Assembly (NCBI GenBank): GCA_012295275.1
Contig: CM022679.1
Span: forward strand, 28,520,001 to 28,584,000
DNA from: Chrysomallon squamiferum
Taxonomy: Eukaryota; Animalia; Mollusca
DNA: 64,000 bases
Reading direction: 5' to 3'
Shown here in pieces: positions 12,820 through 28,144 of the stretch. Numbering within the stretch: the stretch's first letter is position 1; each line of letters begins with the position of its first letter. Made by a program: the position numbers and the translations under genes. The notes beneath the pieces are model-generated. The model was given only the letters and a program-made list of their open reading frames with translations. It was not told the DNA's origin and did not search any database.

Positions 12820-13269
12820 TATATCTACTTACAAATGAACACATACATACATACATACATACATACAAAAACGTTATATTTAATTAATGTTCCTTCTGAA
12901 TGTTGTTCTTGCTGTCTACATAGCAACAACAACAACATGATGATGATGATGATAGTGAAATAATTATAATCATGATGATGATGGTATTATAAGCTATTCA
13001 AAAGTATCATTAGGCACACAGTTTAATGTTCTGGTATCTGCTATTAGATAACAAAAAATTGAGTAGTAGAAGATATTCTTATCAGAGGAAACTGTATTAG
13101 TTCCATTAACAACAAAATATCCTCTCCAAGCACTTTCCTAGACTGAATGAAACATCATAAACCACAGACTCTAAAAGTACTCGTCTTTGGCTTGCACGTG
13201 CAGCTGAGGTACTTTACACGCGAGATATATTTATCCATGATGAATTTTCCACTGACCGAGCAGTCTGTA

Positions 13270-13384
<115 letters not shown>

Positions 13385-15940
13385 AGCGTACAGGTTAGTT
13401 GAGAGGACAAATAACAGACTGTTATGTTACGGAAAAGAGAAAATTAAAACGTAAGACTGACAAACACAACACCTGCTGGTGTATCTGGTATCAGAAGACT
13501 TTTCTGCGTCTCGTACAAGTCGAGCGTTATGATACAGCCGTTGTCATAAAGACGTCTTTCATAAAAACTCAAATAAAACAACAATTACGTCAAAATCCTA
13601 TATGAGTCGGAAAGCGTGATACCTTTATAGAGCAGATCGTTTTCTTCAAACAAAAATGACCAGGACAGTGGCACTGAAGATGATATCTCTTGAATGAATT
13701 ACATTCTTACGCTATTCGGATTTCAAAGGCAGGAAGTGCCCGAGTTGTCGTTCTTACTAGACTGGGCTACATGTCATAGACTGTCTAATTATTATGCACT
13801 CGAGTTTCGGGTCGCGATACGCGCGGTCTGATGTCAGTGTGATGGGTGAACTTTGTTTTTGTGGATGATATCGAATACAGTTGCACGTGTTTCTGAAACA
13901 AACGTTTTACTTATATATACATTTACGGTTGGCTGTGGTTAAGAAGCGGTTAGGGTTAAGTGTTAATTTTTGAAACCGAAATCTTTGTTGTACATCTGTA
14001 AATTAATATTTACGTCGTCATTAGAAGGAAACTTTAAACAGTAACCCGACGCCATCGGTTAGCGCTAATGACATATCACGTTAACAAGTGAATGAGCGAG
14101 ACGAGTATAAACAGACTTGTTTATTGTAACCAGTGAAACAAACTGTATACATATCGAATTGAGGTTAGAGTATAGGATCCAACCTATTTATTGTTGTTTT
14201 ATTCCGTTTTATTTTAATTAATTTATTATATGTACGTGAACGACGATTATGTCCTTGTTAGTCTCTGAATGTGTCCTTAAATGTCAATTTATAATAGACT
14301 GAATTTTAGTTAATAAATATCACGAGTAACACCCCGTTGTGTGTACAAGGACGCTGTGCCGAATCCAGAACGCTTCATAGAACGTTGACTGGAACACAAT
14401 ACCAGACAGGCTCGTGAAAATGCTGTTTTGACGTACACTGTGTTCCTCGTCCTCTCTGTTTTAAAAAGAATTAAATGAATTATCCACCGTGGCCCTGACG
14501 AAGAAGAAAGACCACCGAATATAACAAACAGTTTTCTAATCATTTAGAAATTTATTTCAACCGTTTTTTGTCTAATTACTTACACATGTGTTATAAAGCT
14601 TACAGTATATCATGACATTTTATCTAAGGAAAAAACATTATATCTAAGGAAAAAAAACATTTTCTTAGACAATAAGCGTTTCTAAATGCGAATTAAGAAG
14701 AAAGAAAACAGAAAAGCACGCAGTAACTAAAACACTCTGAGAAAGCCCGGCTTAGCCAGCCACCCACCCGATTCCCCGTAGAGTCTCCAATTACGTAATT
14801 AATCCCAAAGATGCCTTCGTACAAAGCCACTTTAAATAACGATCAATATCGTGCGGGTTTGTTTGCGGTTTGTCACGGGAGAAAAAGAAAGAATGCAGCT
14901 CTTTAAGAACAGCAAAAAACCGTACATCTTTTTATAACTGTTATTCTGTAATAATATCTCTCATCGTTACATATTCCGCAAATCTACTGCGAACTTAAAT
15001 TGAAAACGGTTCGTTCGACTGGTTTGGTGTGAGACACACCTTAAGATTATGACTCAGTGACGGTAATTTGGTGAACAGACGAAATTCATAGAATATCATT
15101 TTATCTCTGATTCACGCTGCAGACTGCTCTGCCTCCTGGGACGTCCACTTGCCGCTCTGCTTACGATACAATCTCAATGAGGAATTCAAGTTTCTATTTT
15201 TATTAAAGCAATCCAGCATGAGAACATTATTAAGTTTAGGAATCACCAGTTTAATTACACGTGTCATGTCTTTCAAAGCAGATAGAATAAATCACTTGGA
15301 AAGTTTTTTACCTTAGAATCTAGACTCATGTTCTGAGACGTGGTGGGTCGCAGGAACAGTTCTCCTCTCTGCTCCAGCTAAATCATTTCACTCCAGCCTA
15401 AACCCCCATGTCTAATTTTAAAAAAGACATTTATCACCATTCCCTGTTTATGGGTAAGTGTATGTGAGAGATCCCATTCTGCTACTCGATCACACTAGTC
15501 AAATGTACAGCAACATCGGGTTTCCTTTCTTGTATCATTAGAAAGAAAATAAAACGTTTGATTATATAACAGCCATTAATATACAAATCTGTTAGTGACA
15601 ATAATAATTTATAAACAACAAATATATTTTATTTTAATTATTCACCATTTTTGACAATTACAAATATTCATTCATTATTGTTGTAGATGTTGTTGCTGTT
15701 ATTGCTGTTGTTGCTGCTATTATTGCTATTGCTGTGTTTATTGTTATTGTTAATATTTTGTTATGAATAAAACAAGATGTACGACAGATTCTGTGATAAG
15801 AATTCAGAACATTTGATTTGCTGGTTAATTTTCTGTCATCAGCTACTGACGGCTCACGTTGATTTTAATACAAAATGTACATTTGTAGTTCCCATCATAC
15901 CCAGTTATATAGCTATGTTTGGAATGGGAAATAGCCATGG

Positions 15941-15997
<57 letters not shown>

Positions 15998-16017
15998 TTA
16001 TCTCAGTTTTATTATGA

Positions 16018-16200
<183 letters not shown>

Positions 16201-16311
16201 TAACAGTTGTAAAAATCAGTAACCTATGTGTGTGAACGCCTTTTTTCTTGCATGTGTGTGGACGTGTATGTGAAAGTGTCAGAGGGGGAAGAGATAAATA
16301 GATAGATAGAT

Positions 16312-16402
<91 letters not shown>

Positions 16403-19013
16403 CGCTGTGATAATAATAAAAACATAGAAGTCAGATACAGTGAAAGGGTATTGTAAAAGGAAAAGAAATCTGTGAAGACTAACATACAATAACAAGACAT
16501 GACAAATTAGAAAGAAGACAGGAAAGGTATTTCGTGTTCAAAGAATAAAAACAGAAACAGTGAGAGATAAACGTTAAAAAACTAACAGAGAAACAGATAC
16601 AGGTAACGAGAATAGACTTAGAATGAAAGTTATCTGGTACGTAACTTAAACAAGGAAGTATGAAAAAAAAAGAAGGGATGGTTAAAGATGGTGATAGAAA
16701 AAACTGTAGAGATATGAAACAGAAGCGATTGTGAATGATTGTGAAGGGAACTTGAAACTACGTCTTGTGAGAGGTGAAAGAGTGAAGGAGGAGAGATCGC
16801 AAAGATCGCTTTCAGAGGAGAGTGGCTGAAAAAAAATGTTCTTGGGAGGGACACTGTTAAAGAGGTTTCAGGGGAGGGAGAAAGGTATTACTGAGGGTGT
16901 AATAATGATGTCAGGAGGCAGAGAGAGAAAGAGAGAGAGAGAGAGAACGAAAGAGTGACAGATAACAATGATAACGATGCTGATGATGATGTATTTTTTA
17001 ATTACTTGTGTAAATAGTCGAGGCCAATGTTCAGTGACTGTTGTGTTTCAGAAATGAAGAAAGAAACAAATTCTACAGGTTCAAAAGTTGGAATTATTTT
17101 CCGCGCTAAAGAGAAAGAAAGTAATTGCGGCATGTTCACTTTGCATGATACACTCGAGTTATTTAACAGTCACAGTGTGCTCTCACATTCTGTCTCCGCA
17201 AGTCGCCGGATCATTTCCGATCTGCGCCGTTCGGCTCATTTCGGAACTTGTCACACTGTCTTGTTCATTGACATCTCTTTTTTCACACTGACGTTGTTCG
17301 TGAACGAGACTAGTGAGCATTTGTTCGGACTAATTTCTTGCACGAAATGCGGATCGAAAATAACATTTTTACTTTCTTTGTAAAAAGTTCTTAATAACTT
17401 TACAAGGATGTTACGTTTTTTTCGGTTCTGATGTTTATTTAATGTGAATCGTGTTGCAAGGCATGTTAAAATGTACTCGTGTTAAAACGAACATAATGTT
17501 TAAATATAACTGTAACTGATTACAAGCAACCAATCTTTTCTATCAAAAATGTATGACAATACGGTAACATACGGGGAAATACCATTTTTCCTTTCTTCTT
17601 CTTCTGTTGTGTGTATGTACGTGATTGAGTGCGTGTCACTATTTTCGTACAGGTGTGAGTGTGCAGGATTTCATATTTTATTTGGTTGATAACCTGGAAT
17701 ATTTGTTCAATCATTTATTCATTAATGTTGAAAATAAAGCTACATGAGTTGACGTCTAGAAACAGAAAACAACGAGCTGAAAATGTACAAAATAAATTTA
17801 CCTGTTTTCACAGGTTCAGTTTGACATCAACCTCACTGAGACTGAATTTAACCGAGAGAAAAAATACATATAAATATTTTAATTAAACAAATAAGTAAAG
17901 ATACTGGTAACATTGAAACCAAATTTAGCCATTTTCTTAAAATACTGAAAAGGATTTCTACTACTTTTCCTCTTTTTAACATCATCATGACCATCATAAT
18001 TAATTTCCTCTGTTTTGTCGTGTTTATTTCTTTAATTTTCGAATTACTTTTTCATCGTCGTCACATTTTCAATTTCGGATTATCCATTCCATCTCTAATT
18101 TTATTTCTTCTTCTCCTTTTTATTTATTTATTTTTATTTTTATTTTTTTCACTGTCAAATTGGCTTAATTTGGTTTTTAAACTGCTCAGAAAACAGACGC
18201 ACAACGAACCAATATTGACCAACACCACGCATGTCCAAACTTTATTTAGCGACGTCATTCTATTTTCATACTTTTCCTGACGTCATTTTAACCATGTGAC
18301 GTCACGGTATTCTAAAATTTAACAACAATGTTGTGCATGTAAAGTTTATTTTTTGACTAACCAGAAATCTAAGTGTCACAGTTTTCACACGCAAGATACG
18401 TTGTAAAAGCATGAGTGTGTTTGAAAAATACTTTCACGTTGTTACTAACGTCTCCGTTCACGAAATACTAAAACCATCTACGTTTATCAGACTTGTTCTT
18501 GTCAGACATCTTAAATCTTTTGTCTCATAACGTTACAACATTGATTTTAAAATTACCGTTTGAAAAATGAAAGTTTTGAATTTTAATTAAATATCATAAA
18601 TTGTAAATTTGGCATTTATTATAAGTAAATAAGTACTTGAAATTTATTTAGACACTTTAGCTGCGGAAAATATTTATAAAATTGTTATAAAAACGTAAAT
18701 AATTAAATATGTTATGTACTGAACCTGTGTGTGTGCTTTTTTAAAGCTAAATCTGTCGAGGTTAAAGATTAACTAGTGTTATGTTATGTGTAGTCATTCA
18801 AGTAAAGCGTTATTGGAATAACATTAGACTTTGTTAATACCAGTGGGGTTCATCACGAATAGACTGCTTTTCATAAATATCTTACTCTCACACGCAATAA
18901 AGACATCGTACGATTTGGTATCATTTAGCATATTATCTGCTGCAATATTGTATTTAAAAACAAATATAAACACTATTCAAAACAAATTTTTTTATATATT
19001 TTTTTAATTTCAG

Positions 19014-19058
19014 AAATTCCAAAACCAACCACCACAAGACCGCAACCCAAACCATCAG
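19014..19058 (+). CDS. NTN1: Netrin Pro/Thr-rich linker exon between LE3 and the NTR/C345C domain
   Basis: tttcag|AA...TCAG|gtaagt, 45 nt, phase 1-1. Translates (K)IPKPTTTRPQPKPS and continues the 'APCIKIP' motif typical of netrins. Confidence 0.85.
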
Positions 19059-19574
19059 GTAAGTGAACTATTTTGTTATTAACACAGTTAACTGATCTTT
19101 ACAGTTATCTGCTTAGTTATTACTTTCTTGTTAATTTGTTATCACTGTAATTTGTCGCGTGTTTTGAACACAGCGAAGTCATCTGATATGAACAGTCAAA
19201 ACTCTTCCTTTTGTCTGCGAGCAGACGTCACCATTCTCTCAACAGAACCACACCAGCAGTCGCGAGTCCTTGCTTCCAGCACCAGATTCACAAGCTTTAA
19301 CTTTAGAAAAACTCTGTTTAACAATTGCTGACTGAATAATAGTATGCTAAAATTGAACTGAAATTAACATAGGCCAGTTCTGATTCGGAGGCACAAAGAA
19401 AATATGTTTTGTTTTAGGGTTTATTTAAATCAGTCCTGCTTGTGTTTTCTAGTTCTGTTTCAGAGTTTCGTTTTTGTTTCTTTTTATTTTAATTCGTTCT
19501 TCTGTTTATTTGTTTGACATTGCTTGTTTTAGTTTGAATTGTAGCATTTGTTGCAGTTTTTCATGTCCATCTAC

Positions 19575-19611
<37 letters not shown>

Positions 19612-20825
19612 GTATTTATTTACTTTTTATTATTATTGTTTTTGTATTTGACTGGTGTATGCTATTAGTATGGGATAAGACACCTTGTCATTTCGTTATT
19701 AATTATACTGAATATCACACTTTTACATATGTATTATATCTGTAGCTATATAGGAATGGTAATTTTTAGAAAATTATTTCAGAATTTAATCTGTTGTGAT
19801 AAGTCAAAATCTGAATAGACCGCTCGACTATCAAAAAATATATGTTTGTTTATTTCTGTGTGTGTGTGTGTGTGTTTATAAATGTATGAATGTGTGTTTT
19901 TTCCCCTGTCTAAATGGGAAATTCTTATTCCCCCCCACCCCGAAGATCAGTTTTGAAAAAATGTGTCTTGTCATTGTGAACACACACGTTTTAATACCAC
20001 ATTATTAGATTCGTAAAACTCGATATGTTTACAAATTGCGATCCACGTCGCTTAGAAATTAAATTGACTGTATGTCACCGTTACTTTAAAATACATATCT
20101 AACACTATTATAACAACAGTATATACATATATAAAATTTAAAAAATAAATAAATAAAAAATAAGTAAATAATTAAATACCTTTTCTTTTTCGATTTATTT
20201 ATTTATTTATTATTTTTGTCATTGTTGTTGTTGCTGTCGTTGTTGTCGTTGATAATAATGTTATTTCTGCTGCTGCCATTGCAGTGGTAGTAAATTTAAT
20301 ATACGACGTAATAAATGGCGTAAGGTCATGCCAGCCATCTGCGTTACCACGTACTTGTTATCAGACGTACGAACTGAATATATGACTCGAATCTGGCGTT
20401 GACGGGTATGTTGTCGGCGGGCTGGGCCTCTTCACGAGATCACGTGACCTCTGACACGAGACGGTTTAAATAAACAACATCTCGTCGCTGGGCCAGAAGC
20501 GAACGGCGTAATAAAGAGACCGATACAAAGACGTTTGACGCGGAACGTGTGAAGAAGCGGTCTACGCGGATCAAGCGTTTTGATTAGATACATTCTGTTG
20601 TAAATTCCTCCAGTTTCAAAATCACCACCCTGTCAGTGAAATATTGCTCTTCTCTGCGTTATCTCTCGCTATCTCTTCTGTCTTTCTTTTCTCTTCTCTC
20701 TGCCTCGCTCAGTACTTTTGTTCAGAAACGTAGAGCTAAAAGAAATGTTTTAAATAAACAACATTAGCAGCAAGAACAGCAGCAACAGCAACAACAACAA
20801 CAACAACAACAATAATAGTAATGAC

Positions 20826-20907
<82 letters not shown>

Positions 20908-21994
20908 GTAATAAAAAGACGACGACGAGAATAAGAAAAACGACAATAAAGTTTAAAAAAAGAAGATTTATTTTGGTCGTACAGGGTATTGTTGTGACAA
21001 ATGAAAACAGCGAACCCGTCCTGTTACTTGACACTTTTATGTGAGACGCAGGTAAAAATCTGGTTCAGTTACACGGCAACACGAGGCTTGGTACAAAACT
21101 GTTCTACCCTACACATGACCGACAAAAAAAAAGAATTTATACATTTTAGGTTGAAACACATCTTTAAATCGTTTAGAAAGAATAAACGAGATAGAAATAG
21201 ATACAGATATACAGACAGACATGGAGATATACAAACAGTCAAAGAGACATGATAAAAACCATCATTAATTTATAGAAATAAAATAAACACGTCTATCTGT
21301 GCAGTCACTAAAATAATTCAGTAAAGTCACAGTGACGTATCACGGCTGTATCTAAATCCCGTCCCACCCAGAAAGCGTGACCACCCATCCCCCCAGTCCC
21401 ACCCCCCACCCAGCGGTCCCTTACCGTCACCATCTTGTTTTTATATGACTGCTGAATGAAGCGCTGCTGATAGCGATCGAGCTCTGCGAAGAAGAAAACG
21501 CTGATGTAGATCTCGCACACGTGAATGGCGATGCTAGCCTCGCTCTCCAGTCTGTGATTAGAGGGGCGATTCCAAACGACAATAAATCTGGCCGAGCAGA
21601 CGAGAGTTTCGTAATGAACTGCGCGTGACACGCTGGAGAGACCCTGCGAGGAGATTTCTTCACTATCGCCGATCTATCGACGACTCAGATAGCTCCCCAG
21701 TGTCCCGATAACATCACCCTTCACACGTCCTTACTCGCGTCGCTGTAACAAACGGCCATATTTCATTATTAACCGCGTTTTTCTTTTTTTTAAATCATAC
21801 ACTTTAGTGTAACAGTTATAAACCGTGAATTTTTAAACCACACACTATCACAAAAATCTCAGTTATTAACGGTGTATGTTTAAATTGTATACTTTAATAT
21901 AACAAAAATCAACATTTTCTATACCCACAATAATATAGTTTTAACAAAAAAATGCCCAAATTTCTTTATATTCATAGTCTTTTAATCCTTGTAT

Positions 21995-22090
<96 letters not shown>

Positions 22091-22757
22091 GTCTATCTGT
22101 CTGTCTCTTTCTCTCTACATCTTTATTTGAATACTGAAAGCGTCCAGTGTTAACTAACGAGCTATTTTCAGTGTATAATAATCTACACAGTGGCTTCAGC
22201 TCTGATTCGTTGAAGACCTGTTTCTTGCTGCTTGCCTCGTCTCGCCACCCGCGACTTTTCATTAAACCTTTCACACAATTTTGATGGCCGTCTAAAACAT
22301 CTCAAAAGCCTGCCATGACACCAGTTATTGGCACTTGTACTTATCGTAACGAGCCGCAATGAAGCCAATGTTTTTGTGACAGGGCTTCGCGAATAATCAA
22401 ACCTTTCCTAACACTCTTTACAACCAGTTTATAAGGACTCTTGATGAAATCTATCTTCATTGAAAAAAAGAGTTCTGCCCAAGGGAAGTTAATCAGGGTG
22501 ATCGCTGTAACCAGCGGCTATTATGTGGATTTCTATGGGATTCTGGGCAGCTGGGCTCATCATTTTGTCGTTATTCGTTAGGAGAAGCATTCAAGCTAGC
22601 TTTAGTTTGACTTAGTTTCCTGTAGGTGCAAAAACATTAATACATATAAACGATATGTTATCTGTCACTCTGTATCACTATCTATCTATATATCTTATAT
22701 ATATTATCTTTCTGTTCCCCTCTCTTGTTCTTGCTTACTTTCTATCCCCTCTTTCTG

Positions 22758-22852
<95 letters not shown>

Positions 22853-24911
22853 CTTTTCCGTATGAGTCTGTTTGTCTCAGAATCTCTTCCCTCCCTCACT
22901 TTATTTGTCAAACTTGCTATCTTTAAAAACATTCTGATCATATATATAAACAGAGAAGAAACACACAGATCACCAATGATCTGCCAAAACCGCATACTGT
23001 CTTTGACACTTTTTCTTTTCATTCTTTCTTTCTGTTTTGATTTTCTTCTTCTTCGTTTCTTGTTTTTCGGGAAACAACTTGCAAATAAAGTTGTCTAAAC
23101 CTATTTTGACGACAGTTGTACAATTTTTCAGATTGCGGTCACATTTTTAAGATTTATTAACATGTTACGTCAAACATCGTCTGCTTTTTCTTGAGCGCCT
23201 AATGTGCTGCGACTCGCAGTTTCGTGTCGTCACCTGGCGACAGCTGTTGACATGACAACGCACAGATACGTGTTAAATTCACATAGAAACGCGCCCGTAG
23301 CAAATTTCAGTAGGCAGAAAAAAAACGGGAGAAAACAAATAAAAATAGAACGAGGAGTTTTAGTTATTTCTCCAGTGCGTTTCGCCGTGGTTTACGAACG
23401 TGCACGAATGCTTGAAGCGCTGTCTTCTGCACGCTGCAGCTAATCCGCGCAGGATGACGCCGGCGCACGGACGTCAAAGAAACCACGTCGGGGTGAGATG
23501 GGCCAGTGTCTGATGTCCCCTTTACACCTGCTTATCCTCCCGTTCATTTAAAATATCACCGAATCTTCTGTGTTTATAGTGGGCGCGTCAGAACACAAGG
23601 AACAAAGGTTGCAGGTATCTTATCAAACAGTGCGATTGTGAAGAAAAACATCGTGTTCTGCTGTAGCAACTGTTTTTATTTATTTATAAGTTGCTTATTT
23701 TTAAACGATGTTTTGTATTTTTACGTTAAATGTAGCTGTTTTCAAATACTTCTATTTTTTTCTTCCTGATATTTTCTCGTTTTGTTTGTGTGTTTGTTAG
23801 TTTATTTATTTATTTATTGTTGATCTTTAACATTTCCGTTTACGTAAACTTTTTTTCTTCATATTTTAGTTTTAATTCACATTCTTGTTTTTCTCCTATC
23901 TATCTTTGTTTCTTTCTTTCCCTTTTTTTTTATATCATTTTGATTTTCCACCTTAGTCATTCAATTGTTTCCTTTGTTTGGTCGTAAACGTTACGGAAGA
24001 AAACACCAATTGCTTTTCTTTAGCGGAATACGAGGGGCTTAAGTTACAACCCAGAGGTGATACTTTTTACGGGAGCGCAAGGGATCAGTTCTGACTGCTC
24101 CTTGCTTGGCTGGGCACGGGAAAACAGCCCTGTCAGACGTGAAAATTGTGTTTACAAGTTACAAATCGGTGTTAGCCGGTTCGTTTGATCCCCGTTACAG
24201 AATTGCGAACCCGTGTCATCAAAGACGAGGCTTCGTTTAAATAGACGTGTGTTGGCGAATAAAAGATTACAGCGTGTAAGGAAATATGTTTCCAGTGTTA
24301 AGTCTGGAAACAGAGAACAGCTCGGACAACAAACACCGTGTTTATTGTATCAGTGTGGCAAACTCGTAGATTAATAAGAACACGTGAAATCTACGTTTAC
24401 AGGGACATGTGCTCCCCGAGACAAAGACACGTACTAACACAACGTTATCCTTACGTACGTACACACACATACACACACATACATTCACACACATACATAC
24501 ATTCACACACACATACATACATTCATTCACACACACACACAGAGACATACATACATACATACATACATTCATTTACACACACATACCTACATACATACAT
24601 ACATTCATACATATCAAAATACATACAGCCTGAAAGAAAAAAGATGGCGATTATATTACTTAAAACATAAAACACAGAGTACTATATAATATTTCTGTGT
24701 CAACTATCTCAAACCGAAACGAAATAAAGATAGTAAGAAAGAAAGAAATAAAGACAATTAGAAAGGAATGAATGAATAAATATTATTATTATTATTATTA
24801 TTATTATTCTTTTTGTTGTTATTATTATGTTGTTGTTATTATTATTGCTATTATGATTATTATTGTGTTGTTGTTGTTGATGTTGTTTTTATTGTTATTA
24901 TTATGTTGCAG

Positions 24912-24986
24912 GTGATGGTGGATGTAGAAAATGTAAAAAACGAAGTCGACGACTCAACATTAAGAAGTTCTGTAAGAGAGACTTTG
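24912..24986 (+). CDS. NTN1: Netrin NTR/C345C domain, first exon
   Basis: ttgcag|GT...TTTG|gtaagt, 75 nt, phase 1-1. Translates (G)DGGCRKCKKRSRRLNIKKFCKRDF, matching the netrin 'C..CK......N.KK(Y/F)CK(K/R)D(Y/F)A' pattern. Confidence 0.92.
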
Positions 24987-26342
24987 GTAAGTACAATCAA
25001 ATCTCAGTTAAAAAGTCAACTAGCAACTTCTCTTTTAACCCGAGTAGGGACTGAAAACCAAATTAGGTAAATATGTTGTTACTATTGTAGCAAAACAGCA
25101 GAAGTAACAGCACCAGCTGTAAAAGTTGTTGTCAGTGTAGCAGTGGTTCACAGTAGTTGCATGTTGTGTTGGTAGTTAACAGTAGTAGTATTGGTTGTTG
25201 TTGCTGATGAAGTAACGGTAGTAGACGTGATAGTAGTAATTGGTGCGGCTATTTTAATATCATTGGTACTGGAGATATCCTAATAGCGTGGTGATGGTTT
25301 CCAGAACTCGCTTCGTTGTAACACGCCTATATTTACAAAACTTGTGTAACTGTAATGCCATACATACATCGTCAGAGTTAATCAGTTTTCAGTGACAAAA
25401 AAACCCCCAAAAAACTGCACAACTTTCTTTTATGCGCGAAACAGAGGAGAAATAAGACTGTCATAGTTTACGTTGGTAAGGTGGCGAAGCGTCAAAGTGG
25501 GAAATTAGGTAATCAACAACTCGACTGCGATACGCTTCAAGTGTACGGCCTGTTCTTATCTTTACGATTTCTGTCCAAATAGATTCGCTGTCGATCGCCT
25601 GATAGGATCCGACAGGCGAACAAACCCGCGGTTTTCACCGTCACACCTCGCCTGCCAGACAAACCAGCGTTTTGCAAACACGTTGTGCCGGATCCCAGCG
25701 CTGATAACAGTATCGCTATAAACACTTTTCAGTGTCGCCTTTACCACGGTAATCTCGTTTAACAAAGACTCTTCTCACCTCCTCACAAAGCACGCGGCGT
25801 TGTCCTGTGTGCCTCTACAGCGCGAGACGTTCTGATTTGTTCAGTGAACGTCCCGATACGTTTCAAATAACACTCATTGTTTTGTTGTATGAAACTTCGT
25901 TGTTTGTAATATACGTTTGTGAATAGTTAAATAGGAAATATATATTTTGTTCTTACTTACAAAACTTAATGTACATACTGGAACAGTCAAACGTACTATA
26001 ATTATTCAACACATAGTCATTCTCTTAATACATTTACAAACATTTAAATGGTATTTCTCTTTAAAGTTACAGTAATTCTTTGAGTGTGTTTGTGGATGTT
26101 CAAGTAATCGTATATATTTTTATATATATATATGATACAAATATTAAAATATTCTAACATGGGTTTTGTTTACTGCGTTAGCAATATTTAAACACGGAGA
26201 GATGTTCTTACTGCAGTAACACTAATGATGACGACGACCATCATGGCGATGATAATAATAATAATAATAATGTAAATAATTTATGTTATTCTTGTGATAG
26301 TTGTTTAAAGGACACATTCTGTAGAAGGAACGAATACAATAT

Positions 26343-26443
<101 letters not shown>

Positions 26444-27725
26444 CAAAACGAATTCCCAGCACCCTTCCGACCTTGAACTTCTGTTTCTCGACAAGAACGA
26501 GGCTAACAATAACGACTGTTTCAGAGATTAGACTTGACTGTACTTGATTGTGATCAAAGAAACACGTCTTACTCTCTAAACCCACTCACCGCTCGTGTAA
26601 GTGACAGAAACGTTCATTACCCAGCCAAGCCGTGGATCGCTTCCTTATAAACCGCAGAGTAAGAGTCTTCAGATCAGACCCTTGAAACCACCAGGACCCG
26701 CACCTTTTGTCGCCGTGTTTACCTGGCCCTCAGATCCCTCCTTTGTGCAGGGGCGTTGCGGGTGTGACACAGTATCTTTATTTGTAAGCCTCCAGTGGGA
26801 CCACACATCCTCGGTGGCAATCTCGACTCTCGAGTACAGGACGTTGGAGGGTCACGTGATGAAGGAACTCCCACCGATTGCAGCCCGTGGGTGGCGGATC
26901 ATAACTGCACCCCATTAACGTGAAGTTTCCATTGATCTCGTCTGAAGCAGTGATTCATTTCTGCTAGTCACTTTTGTTTGACGTGAAAACACTTAGCACT
27001 GTACAAATTTGTACAAGATAGATTTCGTCAAACTGACGTACAAAGGATGTGAAGAAATAATATGATCTTTAGAGAGGGAGGGAGGGAGAAGTAGATACAG
27101 AGAGAGAAACAAAGTTTGATTGATAGATATATACAGACTGAGAGAGATAGACTGCTAGAGGGGTAGCGAGAGAGAGAAAGAGAGAGAAACAGACAGAGAG
27201 GGATAGGCTGAGAGAGAGAGAGAGAAAGAGAGAAACAGACAGAGAGGAATAGGCAGAGAGAGAGAGAGAAAGAGAGAAGATATCAGTGACAAATGTGATC
27301 AGTGTTTACACAGACGTTGTTTAAATCTCACAGCAGGTTATGTCTGTGACAAGTGTTTTTATCTTCTGTTACAGATCTCTCTTTATTCTGTTTTATTTTT
27401 TCTGTCTGACACGTTCAAATTCCGCTTCTAGTTACAGCCAGAGTAACATGTGACACGAAGTATTATAACTGATATCCGAACGAAGAAATAAGATTTCTAG
27501 CAAAATATTTAATACGCTGATTCAACTGTCTTATTATTAGTAGCAATAGTATCAGTGGTATTAGTAGTACTAATAGTAGTAGTAGTAGTAGTAATAGTGC
27601 TCAGTGTTGTTGCTCTGATTGTTGTTGTAACCGTTGTTATTGTAGTAGTTGTAATAGTGTTGTTGTTAGTTTTACTATTACTATAATAGTAGTTGTAGTA
27701 GTATATATTACTGTAATAGTGACAG

Positions 27726-27772
<47 letters not shown>

Positions 27773-27815
27773 TTATTATTATTATTATTATTGTTGTTGT
27801 TGTTGTAATTTTCAG

Positions 27816-28144
27816 CTATCCAGGCTCAAGTTGTGTCGCGAGAGAAAGTGGAGGACTGGGTTAAATTCACCATCAACGTCATCAGCTTCTACAAGCAGAG
27901 CCGCGGGGACCGCACGCGCCGGGGGGAGACCTACCTGTGGGTGCCTAAAAAGGACCTCAAATGCAAATGTCCCAAGATACGGCTGAGTCAGCGATACCTG
28001 ATCGTGGGCAAGTTGAAGAGGAACGGGAACAGAAGCGGCTACGTGGTGGACAGGACTAGTATTGTAATACGCTGGAAAGACAAGTGGCAGAGGCGGCTGC
28101 GTCGATTCGTCAAACACGAGCGAAGGGGAAAGTGTCGAAAGTGA
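27816..28144 (+). CDS. NTN1: Netrin terminal coding exon (NTR/C345C domain, basic C-terminus)
   Basis: tttcag|CT ATC CAG... to TGA at 28142-28144. Translates (A)IQAQVVSREKVEDWVKFTINVISFYKQSRGDRTRRGETYLWVPKKDLKCKCPKIRLSQRYLIVG...SIVIRWKDKWQRRLRRFVKHERRGKCRK*. Confidence 0.96.

Noticed and set aside
13948-13960. TTAGGG telomeric motif
   Set aside because: Single copy, expected by chance.
15330-15620. Possible decayed SINE body in a netrin intron
   Set aside because: It resembles a dispersed repeat by impression only. No target-site duplication or clear second copy could be shown without a repeat library.
27812-28117. 101-aa minus-strand ORF
   Set aside because: Antisense shadow of the GC-rich netrin terminal exon.
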